This document shows positions 48,428 through 58,217 of a stretch of 64,000 bases of DNA, piece by piece. Position numbers and translations under genes: made by a program. Source of the stretch: an uncultured Candidatus Saccharibacteria bacterium (GTDB lineage: Bacteria; Patescibacteriota; Dojkabacteria; SC72). Positions within the stretch are counted from its first letter, which is position 1. Each line of letters begins with the position of its first letter. Below the pieces are notes generated by a model. The model did not search any database and was not told the origin of the DNA. It was given only the letters and a program-made list of their open reading frames with translations. Location: NCBI GenBank assembly GCA_964610125.1, contig CAZSUV010000001.1, positions 45,599-109,598 of the forward strand, in the 5' to 3' direction.

Positions 48428-49431
48428 TTCTTCTTTATCTTAGCGATGTAGAAACCCATCATCTTGCTGTTGGGAATGACTCTCAAAGTCTTCTTAACAG
48501 CCGGATCGTAGGTATTACCACTCCATTTAGTTATTCCCTTTGAAGTAAATCCTTTTTCTCCTGCTAGGTCGATATCAATATCTTCTACAGTAGCATTTGG
48601 GAAATGTTGTAAGAGGAAAGTTATAACCCCCTCATTTTCTTCAGGTTCTAATGTACAGGTAGAGTAGACGAGTGTACCACCAGTCTTCAATGTTCTAAAT
48701 GCAGAAATTATTAAATCCTTTTGTAAGAAAGAATTTCTCTTTATCTTATCCAATCCCCAGAATCTTAAAGGTTTCTGACTATTCATATAGATCATACCTT
48801 CGCCACTACATGGAGCATCTAAAAGTACTCTATCAAAATATTCAGGATATTTCTTCCCAAATTCGCTTGAATCACTGTATGTAGCTTTAGCATTCTTTGC
48901 ACCAAATTGGTACAAAACATTCTTTAGAGAAGAAACTCTGCTCATATCAATATCATTTGCCAATATCTTCCCCTTGTTGTTCATTAATGCTGCGATATGG
49001 GTAGTCTTACTACCAGGAGCTGCACACATATCTAAAACATATTCTCCCTCTTGAGGATCTAAAACTAATGAATCTAAAATACTAGATAGGTTTTGAATGT
49101 AGAATTTCCCATCCTGATATTCAGTTGATTGAGATACCTCAGATTTGTCATAGTTCAATACATAGTAGCAATTCTTTGCCCATGGGATTTCCTGCAATTT
49201 GTACTCTTTCTCTTCCAGTGCCCTTTTGGTTTCATCAACATCTCCTTTTAGAGGGTTTAATCTAATGGTCGTAATTGCTCGAGAAGAGAAAATACCTGCA
49301 ACCTTAGGTTTAGGTACCATTAAAATGCTTGCTATTCGAGAGATGAAAAGATTTTCTTTGGTAAAAAATTCTTTTCTAGCAGCAGGAGCTTTTCTAGGTT
49401 TTTTGTAGTTTGTTCTTTTTGACTTTAACAT
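48424..49431 (-). CDS. RsmB/RsmF/NOL1-family RNA m5C methyltransferase
   Basis: VLDMCAAPGSKT, DRVLLDAPCSGEG and YSTCTLEPEENE. Confidence 0.93.
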   Translation of the reverse strand: MLKSKRTNYKKPRKAPAARKEFFTKENLFISRIASILMVPKPKVAGIFSSRAITTIRLNPLKGDVDETKRALEEKEYKLQEIPWAKNCYYVLNYDKSEVSQSTEYQDGKFYIQNLSSILDSLVLDPQEGEYVLDMCAAPGSKTTHIAALMNNKGKILANDIDMSRVSSLKNVLYQFGAKNAKATYSDSSEFGKKYPEYFDRVLLDAPCSGEGMIYMNSQKPLRFWGLDKIKRNSFLQKDLIISAFRTLKTGGTLVYSTCTLEPEENEGVITFLLQHFPNATVEDIDIDLAGEKGFTSKGITKWSGNTYDPAVKKTLRVIPNSKMMGFYIAKIKKN

Positions 49432-50159
49432 TATATTTCTCCCTTCATATATTTAACTATACTTCCAATGACTAACCCAGTAGTCTCTGTTCTTAAAATA
49501 TTGCCTCGTAATTTAACAAATGTAAAATTCAATTCCTTAAATACTTCAATATCCGAAGAACTCCACCCTTTTTCAGGACCAATAGCTATATATACAGGTT
49601 TGTTTTTTACATCTACCTCACTTAGAAACTTCGCATCAACATTTTCTGTAGCTAAACATATCCTAACCGCATCTTCTTCAAAATTGTATTCCAAAAGTTC
49701 CTTTATTCTAATTGGCTTCTCAATCATAGTAGGGAATGTATTCCTAGATTGATCTGTAGCGTCCCTAATAATTTTGTTCCACATACCGTAATCTTTAATT
49801 GCTTTGCTCTTACCTCTGAGGGAATACCTTGTCTCTGTAGGTATGATTTTTTCAATACCAATTTCTACACTTTTTTCAACAAAATAATTGAATTTAGTAT
49901 CATTGCTTAACGATTGTATTATGGAAATGCTTGGTACATATGAGTTTTCTCTAACACCTCTGTCTTCTAGAATTTGTATTTCTACAGAATTTTTCTCCAT
50001 ATCTGTTATCTGTGCAATATATGTATTTTGGTATGTTTCAACCTCAATTACATCCTCAACCTGGAGTTTCCCTTGAGAGAGTATTAACTCGCTGTCCGAA
50101 TCGGATAGGTGAGTTATGTCTCCTACGCTTAATTTGTGTCTTACAAAATATTTTTGCAT
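49431..50159 (-). CDS. rsmE: 16S rRNA m3U1498 methyltransferase
   Basis: EKSVEIGI, IGPEKGWS and LRGNILRTET. Confidence 0.88.
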   Translation of the reverse strand: MQKYFVRHKLSVGDITHLSDSDSELILSQGKLQVEDVIEVETYQNTYIAQITDMEKNSVEIQILEDRGVRENSYVPSISIIQSLSNDTKFNYFVEKSVEIGIEKIIPTETRYSLRGKSKAIKDYGMWNKIIRDATDQSRNTFPTMIEKPIRIKELLEYNFEEDAVRICLATENVDAKFLSEVDVKNKPVYIAIGPEKGWSSSDIEVFKELNFTFVKLRGNILRTETTGLVIGSIVKYMKGEI

Positions 50160-50247
50160 GTGCTGATTATATCATTATATTTGACATATCTCCCATTATT
50201 TTGTTTGATATATGTATATATATTAATATTCTAATCAATCTGCTCAA

Positions 50248-53200
50248 ATGGGTATTAAAACACAAAAAGTATTAAGACTAATATCAAAGATAATATTGAT
50301 ATTGGTGGGTGTAGGATTAGTTGGTATTGCTGGCTACTATGTATACAAATCCATAGCGTTTAAACCTCAAAATGTTGTAGTAACCAATATCACAGATGGC
50401 TCTGCTACAGTGACTTGGACAACAACATCCCCTATGAAAGGTATTGTATATGTTAAGAAGGATAAAGGATTACTTCCTGGTCCTCTAGGGATTGTAGGAT
50501 CTAGTATGGCATACGATGACAGAGATGTGAGTGATGCTCAGAAGACTTGTGTTGATGTATTTAACAAAAAAGCTTCCGAAACTAAAGATTCAACATTTAG
50601 TGTAAGTGGTAGTAACTTTGATTGTGAGAATGTTAAGGTTACTAAAATGGGATCTTACTACACCCACAGTGTAACAGTAACTGATTTGGATGAGAATTCT
50701 ACATACAACTTTGTAGTAGGTGATGGTATATGGAGTTTTAAAGAGAGTGTTTCAATAGTTAAAACATTTGGTGTATTAGAAACCATTGGAGAACCTAAAC
50801 CAATATTTGGGAAAGTCGTTGGTGATGATGAAACTGTTTCTGAAGATGGTTTAGTATATATTACTTTCAATGATGGTAGCGAAGGCAAGGACAGTATTGT
50901 TTACAGTAGTACAACTAATGATGATGGAGGATGGTATGTGGATGCATCTAGTGTTAGAGATTCCAATGGGAATGTTATTTCACTTGAGTTAACCAATGAT
51001 TCCTTTAAAGCCAAAGGGGTGTACAAGAACTATGGTAGTAGTGATGAACAGATCTGGGTTTTAGGATACTTCAATGGCGCATATCCTGATATAACGGTAA
51101 AGAAAAGTATTCCTACTAGTATGGGGATATTCGGTAGGTTAGTAATGGGCGTGTATGCATCATGTACTTATGAGGATGTTAATGCTGCTGCCCATGGCGG
51201 GCCAGCGCTTGATTCTTCTAAGTGTGATCTCACAAATCTTACAGATGCAGAAACAAAAAAATTGGGTTATGGAAATGTAATAAGATTATTAAATGTGCAA
51301 AATGGTGGAGATGCTAACGCTACAATACAAAAAGTATTTGGTAGCTCTGATCCTATAACCATAGCGGGAAACATCAATGCTGTGTATGGAACTACTCTCG
51401 ATGGTACGTCTACGAAAGTAACGATAGATAATGCTTCGAGTCGTTACGCAGATGTTCACGGAGAAAGTACTAGTGCAAATGGAGATGTAAAAAAGGAAGA
51501 TTGTATTGGTGGAATACCAGGAGGAGGTAGAGCGGCTGGTTGTTATAAATCTTCTTCATATTGTAGTGATACGCTTACATGCCATAAGAATCCGGATGGA
51601 ATTGTTGTTTCTTGCGAGGAAATTGCTGGTAAGTGTGGTTATGTTGCCCCCCCTAACGCCCCAGTTTGTTCTCCAATTGTTTGTACTCCAACGGGTCAAG
51701 CATCTTCCATTATGTGTGTTGATGGTGTAGTTAAGTCATACTCTAATAGTAGTTGTAGCAGCTCAGGAACTGGTAGTGAGCAGAATAGTATTGGACTAAA
51801 GTGTAGAAGTCGTAACTTTAATGATTGCGGAACAGGGAAAATATGTGTTGATAAAAAATGTACTTCTGCAAGAGATGCTACCCAAACGAGTTGTGGAGGT
51901 TATGCTATAGATCATTGCGAAAAATCTGGAGAGAATCAATATAAAATTTGTACATCTGCTGGTTGGGCTTTTGGAACTGGTACATGTGATGGTGTTGGGG
52001 GTAGTAATACAACTGCAGGAAGTTTCTCTTGCGATGAAAACAGAAAGTGTGCAGTAACCTTTGGAGATCAAACAGTAACAGTAACATCTACTCAAATGAA
52101 GAAGATATTGAATGAATCATATACTTCTGGGGACGGTGTCATCGTGGCTTCCAATATAGATATCAATAAATTCCTTAAATTTGGTGGAACCAATGCCGCG
52201 AATATTGTATCAGACAATCTGGCATTGAAAGAAGTTGCAATTAAAGAGTTAAGCATTTGGGAAGAAGAAGTTACTAAATATACTGCAGGTACAGTGCCAG
52301 ATATAACGGATAAAATTAAGGCGCTTTGTGATGCACTTGGAGGAACAACTAATAACTCATATAATCCGACAAATTGTACTTTACCAGAAACTCAGAATCT
52401 TAATCCATTTAAACCTTCTAGAGTATATGCTGCGGATTCATCTTCTGATTCATACACCTTATATATGCCAGAGTATGGGATGTATAGTTTTCAATTAGGG
52501 AATTATACTGTTTCAACTGAAGTCTCGGATGGTAACACCATATATCTTTTCTACATTGAGACTAATGGCAAGGAAGGTTTCCAGATACCGATAGACCCGG
52601 ATAATCCAACTTCTGAGGAAGATATAATTTTGAATTCTGCTTCGTATCAAATAACCTATAAACAAGAGTCTACAGCCCAGCAGTATGAGATTAAAAAAGG
52701 AATTAATATTATTTCCTTTGACTTTGTACCAGTATCAATAGATTCCGGTGCCTATACAGCTCAAGATATTATAATTCAAGCATCAGACAATGGAGTAGAA
52801 GTCCAATACATCTCAACCTTTGAAGGAGGTAGGTGGAATAGTGGATATTCATGCTCAAGTGGAACATGTACAGGGAACAATTTCATCGTAGTTCCTGGTA
52901 AAGGATATCTAGTATATGCAACCGAGGATGGAACAGTAACAATCCCAGGATATAATCTAACCTCATCAGTACCCATAGCATTCTCAGCTGGATGGAACCT
53001 AGTAGGAGTACACGGATATACTACAGCATATACAGCACGATCATTTATTGACTCCATAAATAGTATCAATGGTCTTACCGCAAACAATGTGTCATGGTGG
53101 CCTACATCCAAGAGTAAATACGAAGGAGTAGAGGTAGACAATGGAACACAATATGGATTAGATTTCTCAATAAGTCCAAATAATGGATATTTTGTAAGAA

Positions 53201-53292
53201 TATCTAAATTTGCGCCAACAGATACCAAGTGTAAATCTTTGATCTGGAATACCGGTGGAAGCCTAAATGGATCTTGTGGAAATACAAAATAA
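50248..53292 (+). CDS. Large membrane-anchored surface protein: FN3 module, Cys-rich central region, duplicated GWNL/PGxGY C-terminal module
   Basis: N-terminal TM helix; NITDGSATVTWTT...HSVTVTDL..YNF; 24 Cys in the centre; KGINIIS..PGKGY and AGWNLVG..PNNGY. Confidence 0.82.
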   Translation: MGIKTQKVLRLISKIILILVGVGLVGIAGYYVYKSIAFKPQNVVVTNITDGSATVTWTTTSPMKGIVYVKKDKGLLPGPLGIVGSSMAYDDRDVSDAQKTCVDVFNKKASETKDSTFSVSGSNFDCENVKVTKMGSYYTHSVTVTDLDENSTYNFVVGDGIWSFKESVSIVKTFGVLETIGEPKPIFGKVVGDDETVSEDGLVYITFNDGSEGKDSIVYSSTTNDDGGWYVDASSVRDSNGNVISLELTNDSFKAKGVYKNYGSSDEQIWVLGYFNGAYPDITVKKSIPTSMGIFGRLVMGVYASCTYEDVNAAAHGGPALDSSKCDLTNLTDAETKKLGYGNVIRLLNVQNGGDANATIQKVFGSSDPITIAGNINAVYGTTLDGTSTKVTIDNASSRYADVHGESTSANGDVKKEDCIGGIPGGGRAAGCYKSSSYCSDTLTCHKNPDGIVVSCEEIAGKCGYVAPPNAPVCSPIVCTPTGQASSIMCVDGVVKSYSNSSCSSSGTGSEQNSIGLKCRSRNFNDCGTGKICVDKKCTSARDATQTSCGGYAIDHCEKSGENQYKICTSAGWAFGTGTCDGVGGSNTTAGSFSCDENRKCAVTFGDQTVTVTSTQMKKILNESYTSGDGVIVASNIDINKFLKFGGTNAANIVSDNLALKEVAIKELSIWEEEVTKYTAGTVPDITDKIKALCDALGGTTNNSYNPTNCTLPETQNLNPFKPSRVYAADSSSDSYTLYMPEYGMYSFQLGNYTVSTEVSDGNTIYLFYIETNGKEGFQIPIDPDNPTSEEDIILNSASYQITYKQESTAQQYEIKKGINIISFDFVPVSIDSGAYTAQDIIIQASDNGVEVQYISTFEGGRWNSGYSCSSGTCTGNNFIVVPGKGYLVYATEDGTVTIPGYNLTSSVPIAFSAGWNLVGVHGYTTAYTARSFIDSINSINGLTANNVSWWPTSKSKYEGVEVDNGTQYGLDFSISPNNGYFVRISKFAPTDTKCKSLIWNTGGSLNGSCGNTK

Positions 53293-53316
53293 CTAAATTA
53301 AATATATTTAAATAAC

Positions 53317-53649
53317 ATGGATACAATACCACCAGTATTTTGGATGATAATTGTTAGCGTCTTGACCATAATGGTATGTCTCATACTCTACTATGTAGCT
53401 ATGCTCATAAAAGAGACTAGAACGACTGTAGCAGACGCGAGAGATACAATGAAACAGGCAACCAAGATGCTTCAACAATTAGAACTCATAGTCAATGATG
53501 TCCAAAGCAGTGTATCTACAATTAGGGGAACAGTAGAAGAGGTAAACCAATCAATCTTGGCTCCAATTAGAAAAATAGCGGGTGGGATATTAACAGCATC
53601 TGTATTCCTTGGAGGTCTAAAGAAAAAAGAATCAAGAACTGAAGAATAA
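53317..53649 (+). CDS. DUF948/YoxC-like membrane coiled-coil protein
   Basis: N-terminal TM helix followed by a heptad-rich helix. Confidence 0.65.
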   Translation: MDTIPPVFWMIIVSVLTIMVCLILYYVAMLIKETRTTVADARDTMKQATKMLQQLELIVNDVQSSVSTIRGTVEEVNQSILAPIRKIAGGILTASVFLGGLKKKESRTEE

Positions 53650-53688
53650 CGTTGTATTTCTCCGTATTACTAGCTATTATAGTTATTA

Positions 53689-55314
53689 ATGAAGATTGCT
53701 CGTGTACCATCAAAAAAACGTAATATTATAACGTTAATAATACTCATTGTAGGATTACCTCTTGTAGTATATGCATCATATCAAGTCGTACAGATGGTAA
53801 CTAAAGCCAGCGCAGATACTGAGCCCAAAAATGTCTTGATTAGTAATCTAACAACCTCCTCGGCTACTATCACCTGGACTACCGATTCTCAAACCAGAGG
53901 AACTGTAGCTACAGTAAAGAATAGTACAGAAGGGTCACCTGTAATAGACACTAGAGGAAATACTAAACGATATACTCATTTTGTAGAATTAACAGGTCTA
54001 GAACCAAATACAACATATAGCTTTGTCGTAACATCGGATACAACAAAATATACTGCAACAACAGGCGGAAACAAATTTTCATTTAAAACTGCAACAATAA
54101 CTGCTGAAACACCAACCCCTAATCCTATCCATGGCTCAGTAGATGATGTATCTGGAGATGATGTCATTGTATTTGCTGTCTTAAAAGACAAATCGGTATA
54201 TCCAGTCTCTGCAACAATGCCAAGTGGAGGCAATTGGATTATGGATCTCTCTGCTTTTAGAAAAGTCTCTGACAATTCATTAGTCATATCAAATAGTGAT
54301 ACAAATCTTGTACTTGTTGCGATATCTGCTACTGGAAGTGGAGATATGTTCTCAGGATCTTACTCGGAACTTTTTGATAGTAATGGTAAATTAAAGAGTA
54401 CCCAATCTTTTAATATCGGCGAAAACACAGATTTGTATTCATATTTTCCAAATACGGCTATGTTGTTAGCAGAAAATGCTGTAGTTGAAGAGGATGATGA
54501 CAAAGACCCTGTTGTTGTTCCAGAGGAGCCGGAAGAAGAAACTCCTACTGAGGAAGAGCCTACGACTGGAGGGCGTACCTTTAGGTTGGTTAAAGATCTC
54601 TCATGGGAAGATATGGTTACTGCCGGAGGTTTAACATGGCCATATGGAGCAAGTACTGTACAGATAACTAATGTTACTGATACAGGATTTACAGTCATAT
54701 GGGCATCACAGAATAGCGAGCAAGGATACCTCAACTATGGTACAAGCTCTAGGGATCTTTCAAGCCAGGGTAATGATGAGAGAGATGGGGTGACGAATAG
54801 GGGGAAGTATTACATACATAGTGTGTCTTTGACTAGATTACAGCCTGAGACTAAGTACTACTTTGAGGTTGTTTCGGGGACGAACAAATATGACAACAGC
54901 GGAAAGAAATATACGGTATCAACATTTGCAACTTTAAGTACGCCACCTTCATATGTATCGATAACTGGGACTGTAAGTAATATGCCAGAGAGTGAAGAAG
55001 GGATTATATTTGGATATATAAAGGATATAGATGGAACAGGCACAACTGGACAAGCCGGTATTATATCTGCAATCTTAGACGAAAATGGAAAGTGGATATT
55101 ATCAATAGCAGATAGCAGATCCTCTGATGGTAGTGTGTATTTTGAATACACTTCTGCAGATAGTATGTACTTTGATATTCTGAGTACAATTCCTTCATTT
55201 ACACCTGTTGCCGTATCTATGAATGGTATTACTAGTAAGGATATTGGGATAGCTATAAGCTCAAGTGAAACTACTACTACGATACCTAAATTATCTAACT
55301 ATGGAGTTATTTAA
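53689..55314 (+). CDS. Membrane-anchored protein with two FN3 + beta-sandwich modules
   Basis: Two copies of NxTxx(S/G)xTxxW...HxVxLTxLxPxTxYxF, each followed by a GxW(I)xx domain, separated by an acidic linker. Confidence 0.82.
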   Translation: MKIARVPSKKRNIITLIILIVGLPLVVYASYQVVQMVTKASADTEPKNVLISNLTTSSATITWTTDSQTRGTVATVKNSTEGSPVIDTRGNTKRYTHFVELTGLEPNTTYSFVVTSDTTKYTATTGGNKFSFKTATITAETPTPNPIHGSVDDVSGDDVIVFAVLKDKSVYPVSATMPSGGNWIMDLSAFRKVSDNSLVISNSDTNLVLVAISATGSGDMFSGSYSELFDSNGKLKSTQSFNIGENTDLYSYFPNTAMLLAENAVVEEDDDKDPVVVPEEPEEETPTEEEPTTGGRTFRLVKDLSWEDMVTAGGLTWPYGASTVQITNVTDTGFTVIWASQNSEQGYLNYGTSSRDLSSQGNDERDGVTNRGKYYIHSVSLTRLQPETKYYFEVVSGTNKYDNSGKKYTVSTFATLSTPPSYVSITGTVSNMPESEEGIIFGYIKDIDGTGTTGQAGIISAILDENGKWILSIADSRSSDGSVYFEYTSADSMYFDILSTIPSFTPVAVSMNGITSKDIGIAISSSETTTTIPKLSNYGVI

Positions 55315-55361
55315 TAGTTTGCTAGAAACCATTATAATATCTGATATAATCAGGGACTTGC

Positions 55362-56669
55362 ATGTATACAGAACATAACCAAACAAAGAAAAACAAGAAA
55401 GCGTTATTATTACTATTAGTACTTGGAGTATTTGGGTTTGTGGCGTTTAAATATACTAAGGTTAAGGATATTGTGGCAAAAGATAATAATGCCGAAGTAT
55501 CAACTTGCTGTGGAGCTACAATTACAGACGAAAGTCCTGATTACACATCAAAATTCTTTCTAGTTGATGAAAGTGGAGAGATATCAGATATAACCCCTGT
55601 AAAATCTCCAACTGAAAACACTGTTTTAGGCACGTCCACTGGTGGATGTACGACAAATAGTCTATATTCGGGAAATTTAGCATGTGTAAAAAGTAAGGAT
55701 AATCAATTCAGTATTAATGGTAAAACATTTCTAGCATCCGAAGTTAACATAACATTGGATTCAATTACTGCACCATTAATCCTCTTTTCAGGATCGAGTA
55801 AGTATGATATTGAGAATTCAAATAGAAATAACCCAGGCGTATATAAACCTGCTGGAGAACAGTACAGCAAAAAACAGTCAGATGTTGTTACAACTCCAGG
55901 AGAAGGACACGATGAGGCTGAGGCAAAATTGGCCAGTACTCCAATAAAGAAAAGCTTTGGTACGGAATATTCTATTACAACATCTGATACGCCCAATTCT
56001 GAACCACAGGGTGATATTGTTGTTAATAAATACGTTGAAAGTGATTGTGTCGAGTGTGGGAATATTTCAAATCCTAACCCGAAGAAAACAAATGACACGT
56101 CGGCTGTTTTCTCGGCAATAAATTTTAAGACACCAGGATACTTGGAAAAGGATGACAATGTGATAGAAATAGAAGGTCAGTGCCCAGATTATCGTGATTT
56201 CAGTCTGCTATCCATAATCAACCCAACAGTTTGTTCAAATCCATGGAATATTTTAGCGGGGACTCTTGCCTCACTTTTTCCATCGCATGATTGGAATCAA
56301 TGTGATCCTGAGAAAGATACGGGATGTGTAAGCTCACAAAATTTAGTAGTAAAGATGAATCCAATTTTTAAAGAAACAAATTCATATATGGATGCTAGAA
56401 ATTCTTCCGCAATGGACCCTAAAGCTGCGGAATCATATGTCCCAATATATGTTTTAACTCCATGTATAGCAAGAGTAACGGGAAAATCTAGTTCATTTGA
56501 CGTTAAAGTTAAGTGTGTATGGGATATGTCATATTTATTTTATGAAAATGCTGCCTCTGCATATGACAGTAATCCAGGCTCAGATGATACAATGAGTGAT
56601 GAGCAGTTCATGGAATACTTAAAAACCGAAACAGTCAAAAGAGGATCAGAAAAACTGGTTTCAATGTAA
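55362..56669 (+). CDS. Membrane-anchored Cys-rich hypothetical protein
   Basis: N-terminal TM helix and 12 Cys. First gene of the VirB6-like cluster. Confidence 0.72.
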   Translation: MYTEHNQTKKNKKALLLLLVLGVFGFVAFKYTKVKDIVAKDNNAEVSTCCGATITDESPDYTSKFFLVDESGEISDITPVKSPTENTVLGTSTGGCTTNSLYSGNLACVKSKDNQFSINGKTFLASEVNITLDSITAPLILFSGSSKYDIENSNRNNPGVYKPAGEQYSKKQSDVVTTPGEGHDEAEAKLASTPIKKSFGTEYSITTSDTPNSEPQGDIVVNKYVESDCVECGNISNPNPKKTNDTSAVFSAINFKTPGYLEKDDNVIEIEGQCPDYRDFSLLSIINPTVCSNPWNILAGTLASLFPSHDWNQCDPEKDTGCVSSQNLVVKMNPIFKETNSYMDARNSSAMDPKAAESYVPIYVLTPCIARVTGKSSSFDVKVKCVWDMSYLFYENAASAYDSNPGSDDTMSDEQFMEYLKTETVKRGSEKLVSM

Positions 56670-56695
56670 TAATTTAAATTAATTAAATATTTAAT

Positions 56696-58189
56696 ATGAG
56701 TTACGTATCTAAAACTTACGAATTTCTAGGAAAAGTTGAAAGTCTTTTTAATAGGAAGATGTTTAAAACTGCATTCATAGCAATTTCGAGCATGTTCCTG
56801 TTCTTTGGAGTCATGAATGTGTATGCACAAACAGATGACATCAAAATATCTCCTGACTGGGAGGGAACAAAAGCTTTCTACAATGAAGCTAGTGGAACCA
56901 CTGCAGATGAAGATAATATGACTAGTCATTCAGGGCAGCTAGGTTTGAATACTGCATGGGTTGTATTGTCTACAATGGCACCTGAATATACCGAGGGAGC
57001 TGATGCCCTTATGAATAATCCAGATATCCCTGCCGATATGAAGATGGGTTTGATTGGTTTCTCAGATAATGCTTTAGCTTTTGTATATGAAAATCAGGCG
57101 AATGTTGATGTGATTGCTCATTTACAAGATGAGTGGGTTCCTGGACATAAAGAATCAAGCACAGGACTTTATGCTGCAAATGGAACAAATGTTAGTGGTT
57201 ATCAAAGTTTGATGGATTCTGGAATAGCACCAATCTGGAATCAAATGCGAAATATATCCTATGTGTTTTTTGTTGTGATAATGATTGTAATTGGATTCAT
57301 GATTATGTTTAGAAGCAAACTTGGAGGTCAGACAATGGTATCAATAGGGAATACGATTCCTAGTGTTATTGTAAGTTTGATATTAGTAACCTTTAGTTTT
57401 GCTATAGCAGGTGTAATTATTGATTTTGGAGGAGTCATAGTTGCGTTACTGTATTCAATATTTCAAGGGGAGAGTATTTCTATCGGTAAATTTGGTCCTC
57501 TCTTTAGTCAACTTTTCAGCAAAGATATGGCTGAACAATATGCAAATGTAGTTACAACGGATATTTCGACAGCTCTACAGAGCTTCTCATCCGGTATTGT
57601 TGGTGGATGGTTTAAACTTGTTTGGGCTTTGGATAAGACGATGTTAATGGGAATCGTTGGAATATTAGCAGCAATAATAGGAGCAGGAGTTGTATTTGTA
57701 GGCGCAATAAAGCTTTTGATTACATTATACAAAGCTTATTTTGAACTTCTGCTTAATGTGGTTGTTGGGCCAATAACCATAATGCTTGGTACATTACCAG
57801 GAAAAGAGAATATGAAGATGAATTGGCTTACGAGTATAGTAAGGAATGTGTTGGTTTTTCCAATTGCTTACTTTATTATCAATATACCGATATTCTTAAT
57901 GCAATCAAGTGGTGTCCTATTAAGTCTTCCGGATAAACTTACAGGAGCTAACCTAGGGGATGCTGCTACAACTGCGGCTGTGTTGGATTCAGATAAGGGG
58001 TATATAGGATTGATTATTTCATTTGCATTAAGGGTTTTTGTTCTTTACTATGCATGTCAGGCTCCAAAATTTGCTGAAGCTATTGTACCTGTAATGGAAA
58101 CAAATAAGGCTGCTGCAGAGGCTATGGCTAGTGCAAAGATGAGTATGTCAAAGATGCCTTTGATTGGTGGCCTATTTGCCGGTAAATAG
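56696..58189 (+). CDS. VirB6/TrbL-like polytopic membrane protein
   Basis: Signal ending VYA, then WNQMRNISYVFFVVIMIVIGFMIMFR...LILVTFSFAIAGVIID and five or more further TM helices. This pattern resembles VirB6-like proteins of CPR. Confidence 0.65.
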   Translation: MSYVSKTYEFLGKVESLFNRKMFKTAFIAISSMFLFFGVMNVYAQTDDIKISPDWEGTKAFYNEASGTTADEDNMTSHSGQLGLNTAWVVLSTMAPEYTEGADALMNNPDIPADMKMGLIGFSDNALAFVYENQANVDVIAHLQDEWVPGHKESSTGLYAANGTNVSGYQSLMDSGIAPIWNQMRNISYVFFVVIMIVIGFMIMFRSKLGGQTMVSIGNTIPSVIVSLILVTFSFAIAGVIIDFGGVIVALLYSIFQGESISIGKFGPLFSQLFSKDMAEQYANVVTTDISTALQSFSSGIVGGWFKLVWALDKTMLMGIVGILAAIIGAGVVFVGAIKLLITLYKAYFELLLNVVVGPITIMLGTLPGKENMKMNWLTSIVRNVLVFPIAYFIINIPIFLMQSSGVLLSLPDKLTGANLGDAATTAAVLDSDKGYIGLIISFALRVFVLYYACQAPKFAEAIVPVMETNKAAAEAMASAKMSMSKMPLIGGLFAGK

Positions 58190-58217
58190 CATAATTTGAA
58201 TATAGACTTAATAGCTA

